Positions 21,172 through 32,881 of a stretch of DNA of 64,000 nt are shown piece by piece. Made by a program: the position numbers and the translations under genes. Source of the DNA: Rebecca billardiae RCC1528 (Eukaryota > Protista > Haptophyta). Every line of letters begins with the position of its first letter. Position 1 is the stretch's first letter. The notes under the pieces are model-generated. The model searched no databases. It was not told the DNA's origin and saw only the letters and a list, made by a program, of their open reading frames with translations. Location of the stretch: positions 2,418,001 to 2,482,000 of the forward strand of contig OZ251222.1 of the NCBI GenBank assembly GCA_965240325.2, given 5' to 3'.

Positions 21172-21713
21172 TCACTTTACTAAGAGAATAATAAGGGACG
21201 TTGAACGTACAGCTCAGGCAGGCGAGATTGACGCCCGCCAACTGTCACGGTGTCACCGCCCATGAAGCCGTCGCCGACGGTAGCGCCGTCGGAAGATTCG
21301 TTCAGCCGTCCGCGTGCGAGGCCTGGATGAGGGCTGCGGCCGCCTCGCGGCGCGCCAGCGCCCGTCGTCCTCGCCCCACCGTCGTCCACAAAAACAGTAC
21401 GTATGGAATCCGGGCCGGAATGGCCGCCCGTCGGGACCGTCACGTCGCCGCCATGTGCGCTGAGCTGACGAGTGACGGGAGGCCCGCAGCGACTCTGACG
21501 TCGCCAGACGACACTGGCAACTGGCTTGCCTGCCAAGCTGGCGCCCATCCGGAGATTGCCTGGCCTAGCAGCCACGCGTTTTCAGCGTGCGGCATCGGCA
21601 CCGTCTGGACCGTCCGTTCGCCGGGTCGACGTGAGTTTTGTCGGCGATGGGACGGGGTCCTATCCAGTCCGACGTTGGTGGGGGGACCTTTTGGCGAGGC
21701 ATGCGGCTTCAAG

Positions 21714-21782
21714 CAGCGGCTTCAGAGGGTTCAGCCGTTCACGATAAACAGCGGCTTCAGAGGGTTCAGCCGTTCACGATAA
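21714..21782 (+). repeat. 35 bp tandem duplication
   Basis: CAGCGGCTTCAGAGGGTTCAGCCGTTCACGATAA at 21714 and 21749. Confidence 0.95.
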
Positions 21783-22961
21783 TCATGAGTTCAGACGTAG
21801 CAGTCTCTGCCAGTTAAAGTCGAGCTGCAAATATCCTATGATGAGCTATGACTGATGACATGACAGTCAGATAGCTTCGGAAACTAAGCTACGCAGTTAG
21901 TGAGCGGAAGAGTTCTACTGTGGTACCACTATTTGTATTAGAATCGTGAGTAGCTAGTACTGCTCACGCAGTCGACCAAGTGGCGCGTGCCCGCACGTCC
22001 GCGTCATCTCACTCTCAGCAAGCTTGTGCCGGCTCCAACCGGTCCAACCGCCAACGCGCGAATGAGGCGACGTGGAGGAGGGCGCTTGGGGCAAAGACGC
22101 AAAGTGGGGCGGCGGCACCGCTGACTTACCACTGTTAGCGGCGACCGAGAGCCGCGCGCATCCGGCGCGGAACAATTCGGCCGACACCGCGCCTCACGCC
22201 GAGCGTGCGCGACCATGCGGCATACCGCCCTCGCTCGAGGCTTCCGTGACCAACGGCCAAGTACTCCCGACGCCCGAAACCAGACGCGGCGCGACGACGC
22301 CGGTGCCCGAGTGGCCGCTCACATATACTCGTCAAAGTCAAAGTGACCGCCATCACGATGGTCATGTTTCAGATCTAGAGATTAGAGGCTGCGCGGGTAA
22401 TACTCCTTATTGTCGTCAGATAATCGTGTTGTCTCGTTCCACATCCAGTGATCCACTATCCAGCCGTGGCCGTGTCGCATCAGTCGCATCACGACCGGCC
22501 GCATTTCTCATAGTTATGTTTCACGGAGCTGAGCCAATGCGGCATACGGGCATTGCCGCCAATGGGCATGCGAACAGGGCTTTTACTTAAGCAAAAACAT
22601 CGTCATCAATCAAAAGAACTTCACCACTAGCTCCGCCCTCGTCCTTTTTCGCAGCAGATCGTTTCTATCATTATCTAAAACAGACTACTATATGACGATA
22701 TATCTTTTTGACTCGTAGAGCGTGCCCGCGGCGCGGCCGCCATGCACGTTCTGGCCGGGCGCCACGCCCACGGGCGCCCATGATCACATTAATTAGTGTA
22801 CCGACTCGAGCACGAGTTTCGGCATCGGCTGACCGCGACTGAGTATTTCATATGTATCGCGGTCGTCATCATCAGCAGCAAATACTTCAAAAAATCATAT
22901 CGCAGATGCTGACAGTGTGGTTGCCAAAATATTTTAAATCTACACCAGCAGCTCTTAAGTA

Positions 22962-23492
22962 CAGGCAATCGCGGGCAATAAGGAGCTGTCACGTTAAGAA
23001 ACTGGGGCTTGCTATCTGCGGATCTGGCCTAGAAACTGAGGCTAGCGATATTGGCTGGTTCGCTATACGCATAGTCACACTAAGTTAGTGACTAATAAGA
23101 AACCGGGACTACGTCGTCCCGGCTGACGAGTGGTCCGCCGAGGGGCGAGGCGCAGTCGGCCCGTCGGGGACGCGGCGCGCGGCCCGACTACGAGTACAGG
23201 CCAAGTCCCGACTTCTCCTGATGACAGTCATGACTGACTCCTGGCCAGTGCACCGCAGCATCCATGCAACAGCATGCCAGATTTGCTCCAAAAAGGCCCA
23301 AAATTTTCGTCGGCCTCGCCGGCCGGGCCTAAAGACTCAGCGGGGGGCTCTGCCCCCCTGCGCCCCCCGCGCCTGCGCGGCGGGCGGACCTAGCTAAGAA
23401 ACTGAGACTCCGTAGGCGCTCGGGCTACCGAACGGCTAAGAAACCGAGGCTAGCCGTGAGATCTCTGACTTCTTATTGCCCGCGATTGCCTG
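22962..23492. mobile_element. 531 bp Tc1/mariner-type MITE, TA TSD
   Basis: TA|CAGGCAATCGCGGGCAATAAG ... CTTATTGCCCGCGATTGCCTG|TA: perfect 21 bp TIR; five internal AGAAACYGRG-like direct repeats. Confidence 0.93.
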
Positions 23493-23743
23493 TAAGCGGC
23501 ACCGAAGTTGACAAGTCTCGGACAGCACTCGCAGCAGCTCCCTGAGCCTACACTGCCTACAGCGCTGCATTATAATATATTGAGTAGCTATTGTCACTAT
23601 ATTGACTGGCTGCGAATACGTGATAACTCATTAATTATATATATTTATTATTATTTGCGCCCGCGGAATCAGCAGAGTGCAGAAAATAATGACGACCGAC
23701 ACTAAACTGAAGTGAAGTACTAACTGTATTAACCACCTCCGAA

Positions 23744-24517
23744 ATGGAGTGTGGCCGCCCCGCCGCTGACCAGGCGATGCGCGGGCCGGCGGGGGAGGGG
23801 TCGACGCGGGTGCGCGCGGCGGTGGACGAGACGGCGCGACTCGTCCGCGACGTGCGCGCCTGCATCGACCCGGCCTGCAGCTTCACCGTGGATGCGACGG
23901 TCACTGGCAACGGTGACCTGCGCTTCAAGGTGTTCGTGTCGGGCAACTCCCCTGGGGACGTGGACGGTGCGGCGACCCCACAGGGCGGGGCTGGGCGTCC
24001 GAACAGGAGCCGCGGCCCCGCCCCCAGCGCACCGACCCGCGGGCCGGTCCCGCCTCGCAAGGGGGGGGCAGCCACGCCAGTCTCCGGTGTGCCTGGTGCT
24101 GCGAAGAGGTCCAAGAGTTGGAAGAAGAAGCACCGCGCGGACGGCTCGCTGAGGCCGGCTGCGGGTACGCGACGGGTCAATCGTGCTGGCAAGGCGCGTG
24201 CGGGCCCGACGCCGCAGCTTCCCAACTCTGGCCCCTTCCGCGAGCTTGTGCCTTCGGCATCGTCGGAGCCGTCGTCGCGGCCGTCCCGCATGTCTTCAGA
24301 CAGCCCAGAGGCCGAGGGCGGCCATCGCCCTCAGGGTGATGGCGCCCCGGCTGCGGCGTCAGGGCATGCGGGCGCGGCGTCGGCGACGACCGACGAGGTC
24401 GTGGGCGCGCTCTTCGCGGGCCCACTCGCCCCGATGGGGCGTGGGGCCGCGCCTGGCCCTGCTCACAAGGTGTATGTGTTCGAGGCAGGCAAAGGCTCTG
24501 TGCCACAACCGGGGTAG
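23744..24517 (+). CDS. Low-complexity hypothetical ORF, probably part of a repeat element (family X)
   Basis: ATG ORF of 257 aa after an AT-rich stretch; frame stays open past a single TAG to 24949 and runs into the dispersed repeat. No recognisable domain. Confidence 0.3.
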   Translation: MECGRPAADQAMRGPAGEGSTRVRAAVDETARLVRDVRACIDPACSFTVDATVTGNGDLRFKVFVSGNSPGDVDGAATPQGGAGRPNRSRGPAPSAPTRGPVPPRKGGAATPVSGVPGAAKRSKSWKKKHRADGSLRPAAGTRRVNRAGKARAGPTPQLPNSGPFRELVPSASSEPSSRPSRMSSDSPEAEGGHRPQGDGAPAAASGHAGAASATTDEVVGALFAGPLAPMGRGAAPGPAHKVYVFEAGKGSVPQPG

Positions 24518-24873
24518 GTGGGCAGCCAGGGGCTGGCGGCAACCGAGAGGGGCCGCTTTCCCCCGCCCCCGCTGCCTGCGAAGGCGGCGGGGGTGCGCTG
24601 CTTGCCTCCGCGGGCGAGCAGCGCGCAGTTTACGCCGGGCATGTGGACCTGCCCACCCTTCATCTTCCAGTTCTTCCCTTCGGCTGGGGCTCGATCAGTC
24701 GACGCGGCGTCGCTCACAGCGCAGGCAGGTGTTTGGCGTGGCTGCACTCTCGAGGTGGCTGGGATACAACATCCAGGTGCAGCACCCTCCCCGTGTGGTG
24801 TCAGAGCGCGCTCTCGAGCGCGTGCCTCCGAGCCCGGGGCGGCCGCTTGCTGCAATGGCCGCCTCGATGAGGT

Positions 24874-24993
24874 GCGGCAACGCGCCCCTCACCTGCCTGC
24901 GCCGGTCTGTTTTGTGGCGGTGTCTTTGTGCAGTGTTGGATGGCGTTAATCACGCCTTAACCAAGTGTGCACGTTAAATCATAGTAAACTGTA
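24874..24993 (+). repeat. Dispersed repeat family X, copy 1
   Basis: Reverse complement of 36961-37100 with small indels; ends GTTAAATCATAGTAAACTGTA. Confidence 0.92.
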
Positions 24994-25384
24994 GTTTGTC
25001 TGTACGGATTGCCCGGCGCGATTATTTCAGTATCAGTGTGATTCGCGCGCCGCCGCGGCGCAGTGTGCCGTCGCAACACTGGGCAACAACCAATGCTAAA
25101 CACGCGCGCATGTTGCTGTCCGAGAGGCTCCGAGTCATCTTCCGGATCGACTGCCCGGTGCACACTGCACCAGGGTAGCCTGGGGCTAGGCGGCTCGTAG
25201 TAGTCATCAGCCGACCGTCGGACAAAGTAGTTCATGCCGGCTCGAGCCTCGCAGGTCACTGCCGACGACTGCGAACCAGGGCTGACCTTTTCAATGCGCC
25301 CTTTGCCACATCACCATGCAGAGCATAGCCCATGACAATCCGCGCGGAAGCTTGGCGCCACCCTGCACAGGTCGCGGCCGCCGA

Positions 25385-25762
25385 CTAGGGAGACCTGCCC
25401 GGCATAGATGCGAGTGAGGGCACAATCTCGTCGCGCTTTGCCTTCATCTCATCCGACATCTTCTTCCGGAAGGCGTTTAGCTTGGTTTTGAAGACGGCAA
25501 CGTCTGCCTTCGCTGCCTCGGATGTCATGTCCTTGTGCTTCTCGCGGAGCTGGGTGAACTCCTCTTTCAGCGTGTTGCGTTCCGCTGCGTGCCTCTCCCT
25601 GATCTCGACGAAGGCTTTTCGAAGCGCCTCTGTTTGCTCGCGGGTGAGCTTCGGCCCGACGCGCTTGGGTGATGGGGCACCCGAGGCCGCATGCGCGTTC
25701 GATGATGGCTGGGCGCCAGCAAGCGCCAACACCACAGCCAGCACGAGCAGCGCGGCGCGCAT
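25385..25762 (-). CDS. Small secreted or ER-targeted helical protein, 125 aa
   Basis: Signal peptide MRAALLVLAVVLALAGA followed by a charged coiled-coil-like body. Confidence 0.8.
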   Translation of the reverse strand: MRAALLVLAVVLALAGAQPSSNAHAASGAPSPKRVGPKLTREQTEALRKAFVEIRERHAAERNTLKEEFTQLREKHKDMTSEAAKADVAVFKTKLNAFRKKMSDEMKAKRDEIVPSLASMPGRSP

Positions 25763-26193
25763 ATCGCCCGCGCTCGAGATGCGTTGGCGCCTTGGCGGAA
25801 GCAGGACCGCAACGCAGTGCCGCGCGGCAAGCAAGGATCGCGCGCGCGGCAGGGCGCCATTTACCGGACGCTGAAAGCAGGCGCTCAGCCGCTGACTCGC
25901 TGAGGCGCACGCCACCCTGACCCGGACTGGACCATCACCATGGTCGTGCCTCAGACCCTATCATAGCTACTATCTAGTACTACTGTTACATGCTGTACGT
26001 AGACGTACTCCATACTGTACCGTACCGCCACTGCTTCATTCACATAAGTCTCCGTCAGGACGATGATACGGTACGACAACGGTCGTGATCACCGCTCAGT
26101 AGGCATCTCTCACGGTAGGCTCCTGCCAGTAGCAGTCGAGGGTAGCTTACTCCGCCATGCTCGGTACCAGTATTCTTAGATAGCAGTACTCAG

Positions 26194-27594
26194 TCAGCTA
26201 CTGACGCTGGCGGAATATATGCCACAGTCGGCGTTATCGCGCCGCGGCTTGAGGCGCGCCGCGACGTGCGCATACGACGCGATCGGGTCGTCGGCGAGCA
26301 ACTCGATGCGCACGGGATTCGACGCAGGGAAGTAGCGCCGGCGCACGTTGAAGAACTCCTCCACGCCGCCGTTCGTCAGCCTGGCGCAGCCGCGGACATC
26401 GAGCGAGGCGAGCTGGGCGCACAGCCGTGCTATGACCAGCAGCCAGCTGTCCGTCACGTCGACGAGGTCGCGCATGTGCAGCCACTCGAGGTGAGTGCAC
26501 CGCTGGCACACCGCCGATATGCCCGCCACAGTGATCCGTACGCACGCGCCACACACCAGCCGCTCGAGCGCGCCGCACTGCGACGCGATCGCCTCGAGCG
26601 TCGCGTCGGTCAGCCGCGGGAGGCCCTGCAGGTTCAGCCAGCGCAGCGAGGTGCACCGCGACCAGAGAGGCGCGAGCCCGGCGTCGTGGGCGGCAGGGTG
26701 CGTGCGGCCGAGGTCGATGCAGTCCAGTCGCGCCGCGCGCGAAAGCACCACGATGCACGCGTGCGTCACGCGCACACATTGATGCACCCCCAGCCGGCGC
26801 AGCTGCGTGCACGATGCGAGTGCGGCCACGCCCTCGTCTGTGACGCGGACGCAGCCGGACAGGCTCAGGCCCTGAAGCGAAGCGCAGTGGACCGCGATGT
26901 ACTGGACCGCATGATTGTCGACGCGGTGACAGCAGCGCAGGATGATCTCCTCCAGCCCCGGGCAGCGCGTCACTGCGAGCTTCACGCCACGCGCGCCGAT
27001 CTCCGTGCATCCAAACAGGTTCAGCACACGCACACCCGGTGGCAGCAGCTTGAGGTGGCCGTCCTCCAGCTGGTCGCATCTGTGCAGCTCGAGGTGCGTG
27101 AGGGCCGAGAAGTGCGCGTCGACGTGGCGCAGCACGCTGGACAGGCTCGCCGACGTGCGCGACGTCCGCTCGAGCATCCGCGTGGAGAGCCGCTCGACCA
27201 TCGCCTCGCTCGCGCGCGACCAGCGACGCAGTGCGCGACACGCGAGGCGCGACGCGCAGTGCGTCCGGAGCGAGGCGTGTGAGAGCACGTGCGCACCAAG
27301 CTCGTCGGGCAGCGTCGAGAGGAGCAACGATCTCGAGCGGTTGTGCCTCACGTGCGCGCGCGCGCGCGCCGTGTCCAGCTCGGACAGATCGCGCTGCAGC
27401 ACACGCGCGGCAGTCGCGTACGCGGCGCGCAGCTCGCCCAGGAGCTCAGCCGTGTCGCTGTCGGAGGGTGAGCGGGCCAGGCTCTCTGCAGCGCTCAGCG
27501 CCATTCGCAGCGATGCGATCGTCGCGCCCGAGCTCGCGCGCAGCTCGCTGATGACTGCAGCCTCGTCCGCGAGGTCAGCCGGCGCCGCCGCCAT
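26194..27594 (-). CDS. F-box / cysteine-containing LRR protein (FBXL-like)
   Basis: F-box-like LSTLPDELGAHVLSH..RLACRALR followed by LRR-CC repeats (LSLSGCVRVTDEGVAALA, LDVRGCARLTNGGV). Confidence 0.9.
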   Translation of the reverse strand: MAAAPADLADEAAVISELRASSGATIASLRMALSAAESLARSPSDSDTAELLGELRAAYATAARVLQRDLSELDTARARAHVRHNRSRSLLLSTLPDELGAHVLSHASLRTHCASRLACRALRRWSRASEAMVERLSTRMLERTSRTSASLSSVLRHVDAHFSALTHLELHRCDQLEDGHLKLLPPGVRVLNLFGCTEIGARGVKLAVTRCPGLEEIILRCCHRVDNHAVQYIAVHCASLQGLSLSGCVRVTDEGVAALASCTQLRRLGVHQCVRVTHACIVVLSRAARLDCIDLGRTHPAAHDAGLAPLWSRCTSLRWLNLQGLPRLTDATLEAIASQCGALERLVCGACVRITVAGISAVCQRCTHLEWLHMRDLVDVTDSWLLVIARLCAQLASLDVRGCARLTNGGVEEFFNVRRRYFPASNPVRIELLADDPIASYAHVAARLKPRRDNADCGIYSASVSS

Positions 27595-28411
27595 TGCCCT
27601 GCCGGCTTTCCCCGCCGACGGGTGCAACGGTTTCTCACTTTCACTTTCTCTTCTACTCACTTTCTCTGCAGCTGAGGTGTCCGGGAATTTGTGAATGGCT
27701 GCCCGCGTCCGCAAATTATGCTGAACAGGATGACACTGACCCTGGTCCCCTCCCGCTCGGCCCCTCGCACCCCACAAATCAATGACGAGTTGACGACGAC
27801 AATCATGCCTCCTCGTCATCAATGTTTACGATGTTCTCATAGGATCAGCACTGGCGGATGGCCGAGGGCGGGTGAGGCCCGGTGGCCTATCCCGTCGTCG
27901 CAGGACCACCCGGCAGCCGCCCGGTCCCGGTCCCGGACGCGTCACGCCGCGGACGGGCCGTCACCGCTGCCGTGCCGCGGCGCCGGCTCGCGATTCGGTC
28001 GCCGGCGCATGGCTCAAGCGCGTGGCGATCTCGCCGCCGCCGCTGCCACCCCGATGATGTAGTGGCCAAATTTATTCTGGGCGGCTCGGCTTGATGCATG
28101 TGCTTTGGCGTGACGCTCACGCTGGGCCGAGTCTGCGATGTGACAGCCTCCACAGCCAGGTGCCCGGGCGGTGAGTTAGGCGCCTTACGACGCGGGCGGG
28201 CAATTAACTAAGGAGCGGAGTAGACAGTATAGCAGACGTATAGATAGTAGCTATACTGCTAACGACAGCTAACGTTCTACGTGGGCCTGGCACCCACACT
28301 CCACACTCCGCAGGCCCGGACGGTGATCCGATGGGGCCGGAGGCTTCGGGCAGCAGCAGTCCCGCCAACTCCGATGTCGATGACTCAGAGTCATTGACAG
28401 ACCGAAACTCT

Positions 28412-28508
28412 CAGACCGATGACGAGTTGAAGCTAGTCGACTCTCTTACTTCCTGCCATTGACAGACCGATGACGAGTTGAAGCTAGTCGACTCTCTTAC
28501 TTCCTGCC
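28412..28508. repeat. 46 bp local duplication (period 51) of the neighbouring gene's stop-codon region
   Basis: CAGACCGATGACGAGTTGAAGCTAGTCGACTCTCTTACTTCCTGCC at 28412 and 28463. Confidence 0.92.
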
Positions 28509-29542
28509 GCGCCCGTTGGCACGGCGTGACAGTCGACTCGGCCGTGCCACAGCCCGCATGCACGGCCAAACGCGCTCGCCGCCATGCACGAGGTGGCGAG
28601 CAGGAGGACTTTCAGGTTTGGCGGGATGGCCGCCGCGCCCAGGGGCCGGAGGAGGGCGTTGGCAAGCATGTACGTGTGCTCGATGGCTGGGACGGCGAAC
28701 AGGAGGCAGTCTCGCGGCACGCGCCCTCGGCTGGGTAGAGCCGGGCCGGCGAATAGCACCGAGACGAGCGCAGCGACCATGGTCGCCGGCACCGCGGCCG
28801 CAAACTTGCAGCTGAGCACAGCGCGCATGGCGCGCACGGGCGGGTCGCACAGAAGCGCCGCCATGGGCCCGACGGCGGTGGCGAGCACGGGCCAGCGAAA
28901 CGCCGTGGTCAGCCCCATACCCGCGATCCCCACGGCAAACGCCGCGTGGAAGTACGGCGCCATCACCGGCACGCCGAACACGCGCTCCTCGAGCGCGTCG
29001 AGCGCGTGCGGTGCGACGACCAGCCCGCGCGTGTCGGCGGCGGGTTCGCCGATCTGCCAGAGCGTGGAGCCTTCCTTCACCAAGCCGTCGGGACGTGGCC
29101 AGAGCCACCAGCCCATCAGAGGGCCCTGCAGCTCGTACGGGCCGCACATGAAGAAGCTCAGAGCGCCGGCAAACGCAACGATGGTGGGCGAGGCGTCATT
29201 GTGTGCCAGGCGCCGGGCGCACGTGACGGTCGTGTATATCCACGGCGCGTACATGAGTACGGACGAAACGGATGAGCACTCGGAGAAGTTGAGCGCTCCA
29301 CTCGCGTGGCAGTGCGTGCCCCCGAGGTGGACGCTTGCATACTCGACAGCAAAGCCGACGGCGAACGCGGCGATGAGCAGCTTGAGCGCGCCGGTGCGAT
29401 CGCGCGCGCGCAGCGCGTGGGCCAGCGCGAGGGCGAACTGGAAGCTGAAGAGAAGGTCGAGCTCGTAGATGGTGCCGTGGCCGCCGACGGGCGGAAAAAC
29501 ACGAATCACCTCCAGGGGTGTGCTCGACGACCACGGCGACAT
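28484..29542 (-). CDS. Multi-pass membrane protein, uncharacterised (weakly CruF-like N-terminal motif)
   Basis: 352 aa with several hydrophobic helices; motifs GFAVEYASVHLGGTHCH and PYELQGPLMGWWLW. Confidence 0.75.
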   Translation of the reverse strand: MSPWSSSTPLEVIRVFPPVGGHGTIYELDLLFSFQFALALAHALRARDRTGALKLLIAAFAVGFAVEYASVHLGGTHCHASGALNFSECSSVSSVLMYAPWIYTTVTCARRLAHNDASPTIVAFAGALSFFMCGPYELQGPLMGWWLWPRPDGLVKEGSTLWQIGEPAADTRGLVVAPHALDALEERVFGVPVMAPYFHAAFAVGIAGMGLTTAFRWPVLATAVGPMAALLCDPPVRAMRAVLSCKFAAAVPATMVAALVSVLFAGPALPSRGRVPRDCLLFAVPAIEHTYMLANALLRPLGAAAIPPNLKVLLLATSCMAASAFGRACGLWHGRVDCHAVPTGAAGSKRVD

Positions 29543-29797
29543 TCTGAATCCGCGGGTGGCCGGGATCAGCAATGGAGTTCGGCACCGTCGCTGGCTGGAG
29601 GACTGGCGGATCTGCACCGGCTCTGGGCCGCTGCTTCATGTCTTCACGGCATTCCCGCTTGGTGGACACGAAGATGCAACGATGGCGGCGCACCCCGCGG
29701 GACATCACTGAACTTAGGTTTGCTTCAAGCCGAACTGGCCAGGGCGTCGAGCCCACGCCCCACGGGTTGGCGTCAGTGTTGTCGAGGCGCGAATGCC

Positions 29798-30211
29798 TCA
29801 CGACATCGGGAGTGGCGGAGCGGACGTCACCGCTTGGTAGCCCACAGCTGCGACGAGCGCCAGCGTCGCAAAGACCGCTGCAAACAGGAGACGGGCCGTG
29901 ATGATGGCGCCCTTGCCAAGCACACGGCGCGTGTCTGACGAAGGTTCGTCCGTGTCACGGATGCGGACGGCGTCTCTCGTCGTGCCGAACGGCTCATCCA
30001 CCGCGATACGCCGCCAAAACTCGAAGGAGGCCCACACGAACGGGATCATACCCAGCACAAAGATGGCCGTGTCGACGGCCGTGATGCCGCGCGGCTCCAT
30101 CGCGGCCGCCGGGTCGAGCGCGAGGATGCTCGCGCGCGCCGAGGCGATTGAGGTCAGGCGCATGCGCGGCGCCAGCAAAGCGGCTGCACCCGGGCGCACA
30201 AGGGCGCGCAT
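29798..30211 (-). CDS. Small two-TM protein, probably plastid-targeted
   Basis: Transit-like N-terminus, two hydrophobic helices, conserved-looking PFVWASFEFWRRIA..PFGT motif. Confidence 0.7.
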   Translation of the reverse strand: MRALVRPGAAALLAPRMRLTSIASARASILALDPAAAMEPRGITAVDTAIFVLGMIPFVWASFEFWRRIAVDEPFGTTRDAVRIRDTDEPSSDTRRVLGKGAIITARLLFAAVFATLALVAAVGYQAVTSAPPLPMS

Positions 30212-30634
30212 GTCTCCCGGTCGTGCCTGGCGTGCACGTCGCGATGGAGGTCGCTCGTGCGGCGCCGACGGGGAAGCTGCGGCCGTTGGCAAAAGCGAAA
30301 TTTCTCGATACCAAAAGCCTCAGTCCGTGAGATGATGGGACGCGATCCTACCAAGATTGTGCGATCTCGCATAATCAAATGCAAACGGCGCGGGCGTTCG
30401 TCGCATGATGAATATGCGGCTCATCGTATGAAGCGTCAACTACCCCTGAGGGTGGGTATTAAATACCCGCCGAAGGCAAGGGTTCTCAGGAATCTTTTGC
30501 CCAATTCGCCCGTCCCGCGTCGAGTTGATGCGGCTTCGCTAGGTGGCACCCTCTCGAAGCTGCCATTCGCCGATTCGCTTGCGATGGTGGCGCCGTCTCG
30601 AAGCATGATTGGACGTGAGGTGCGGCGGCCGGCG

Positions 30635-31847
30635 ATGATGAGGCTGAGCACCGTGGCGGCGGCACTGGTACTTGCCCTACTGGTTCAGCCGTCCTCGCAG
30701 GTCGTCGGCGCGAAGCCGGGCCTCTCCTCCTCGCCGCGGGCAGCGCGGACGCGCCCGCGCGTCGCTCGGCAGGCGACGGCGCTCGCACCAGAGGCGCCCA
30801 CCGCCGAGCGCGCGATGCGCGACGAGATGCTGCGCGACGAGATGCCTACCCGCGTCGCAACGCCGTCGCAGGCGGCACCCAGCTCCGCACCGCGGGGCAG
30901 GCCAGCGCGCTCCACCTCGACGACGGCTGCGGCAAAGAAGGCGGGCAAGGCGGCTTCAAAGGGGGGGCGGTCGCGCTCGCGCTCAGCAGCGTCGAACGGC
31001 GTGTACACGGCAGCGGAGGAGCGCGACCTCGTGCGCGCGGCGCAGTTTTTCGTGGAGAACCAGGCGCGGCGTCGCCTTCTGCAGTGCCGCTGGGGACGCA
31101 CGCCGACGGACTACGAGTGGGCGGCGGCGTCGATCACGTTCAACTATGTCGACTCGGACGGCAACGGCCGCATGGATGCGCAGGAGCTGGTTGCGATGTG
31201 CGGCAAGCACATGGACAGGTTGTGCCCGGAGATCTTCGACGCGTTCGACGAGAACGGCGAGGGCTACCTCGACTTTGAGGCGTACGCCAAGCTCACCGCT
31301 AAGGCCCGCGTCGCGAACCAGCCTGACGCTCCGGCGGCGGGTGGCCGCCGCCGCGGCAAGGCTCGCTCGCAGGTGCGCGCGCGCGCGCGCGCGCGCGCAA
31401 CAGGCGCCGTGCGTCGGGCCGGGCTCTGCCGAGGCTGACCGCATGCGCGCGTCCCTCCCCACCCTTTCGCGCGCGCAGCTCGAGCGCGACGAGATGGCGC
31501 TCTCCGACGGGCTGTGCACCCTGACAAACGACCTCGCCCAGGGCGACGAGAGCACGCGCGTCGCGGACTTCCACGCGCAGCTCGAGCGCGGCTCGGCCGC
31601 GCTCAAGTTCCTGATCCGCGCCAACCAGGGTATGGTGCACCAGATCGTTCGGCAGCTGAAGCCGAAGAGCTCGCGGTACGACATCGACGACATGCTGCAG
31701 GACGGCAACATGGGCCTGATGCAGGCCATCGTCCGCTTCGACCCTGCGTCGGGCTGCCGGCTCTCGACGTACGCCTTCCAGTGGATCCGCGGGCTGGTGA
31801 TGACGGGCCTGCACCGGTGCGCGCCGCCGCGGCGCGCGCGCGCGCGC

Positions 31848-31887
<40 letters not shown>

Positions 31888-32466
31888 GCGCGCCCCCGCT
31901 GACCCGTCCCCGCCGCGCCGCGCACCCCACCCGCCGCGCGCAGCCGGCTCAACCAAGTCAACCTGCCGCAGGTTGTCGCGCAGGACGTGTTCAAGCTCAA
32001 GAAGCTGCTGCGCGAGTCGTCGCGCACGTTTGTGACCGTCGCCGACGACGAGCTGCTCTCGTTCGCCAAGCAGCTGAACTGGAACGAGGACCGGCTGCAG
32101 AAGACGGTACGCGCGTCGCGCGTGGACACGACGCACGTCACGTCGCTCCAGTCCGTCGTCTCGCACCGCGACGGCGCGGACTTCACGCTGGGGGACACGG
32201 TCACGTCGCCGACCTCGCCGGTGACGGTCGACTTCCGCATGACGCTCGAGGCGGCACTCGCCTCGCGCGCCGAGCGCAACGCGCACATCATCCGGCTGCG
32301 CTTCGGGCTGGAGGATGGCGTGGAGCACACGTACACCCAGATCGCCGAGAAGGTCGGTCTGAGCCCGCAGCGCGTGTGCAACGTGGTCAACCAGGAGCTG
32401 CGCTTCCTCAAGGATGCGCGCGCGCTCCGCGCCTTTGAGGACGGCCTCGAGTACTCGCACCAGTGA
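30635..32466 (+). CDS. Nuclear-encoded plastid sigma-70 factor with inserted EF-hand pair (exons 30635-31372, 31479-31816, 31944-32466)
   Basis: Signal plus transit peptide; region 1.2 YTAAEERDL; GRTPTDYEWAAA; region 2 LIRANQGMV..DMLQDGNMGLMQAIVRFDP..RLSTYAFQWIR; region 4 IIRLRFGLEDG..TYTQIAEKVGLSPQRV; EF loops DSDGNGRMDAQE and DENGEGYLDFEA. Both GT-AG introns keep frame. Confidence 0.92.
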
Positions 32467-32675
32467 CTGACTTGGACCGGGAGTGGGGGTTAGTTTCGTG
32501 AGTGTCACCGTGGCGCTGCGGCGCGGCGGGCACGCAGTGAGGCAGTGGCAGTAACTTGTTTCAAACTGGTCACGGTTAGTGGTGACATGTAGGGGACACA
32601 TGGTAGTAGAGGCAAACCTATCGCTCCACGTGTTGACGAATCTATCCGCATGGGGGTATCATCAGCGGACGGGTG

Positions 32676-32851
32676 GACTAATTCTATGATTTAAAGACAC
32701 AGGCACGAGGGCGCAGCTCTCCTGATTCGTCTGTCGAAGTACTGAATGGAGTTAATGGAGGATGTCGGAGCGCGTTGGCCGCGGGTGAGGGAGTCGTCGT
32801 AACCGATGCTGATCACACGGTCACTGAGGTAGTAGGCGCCCGGGGATGCCG
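32676..32851 (-). repeat. Dispersed repeat family Y, copy 2
   Basis: Near-identical to 3846-4024. Confidence 0.95.
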
Positions 32852-32881
32852 CTGTTTTGCAGTCGTCGTCGGCCTTGGTCA

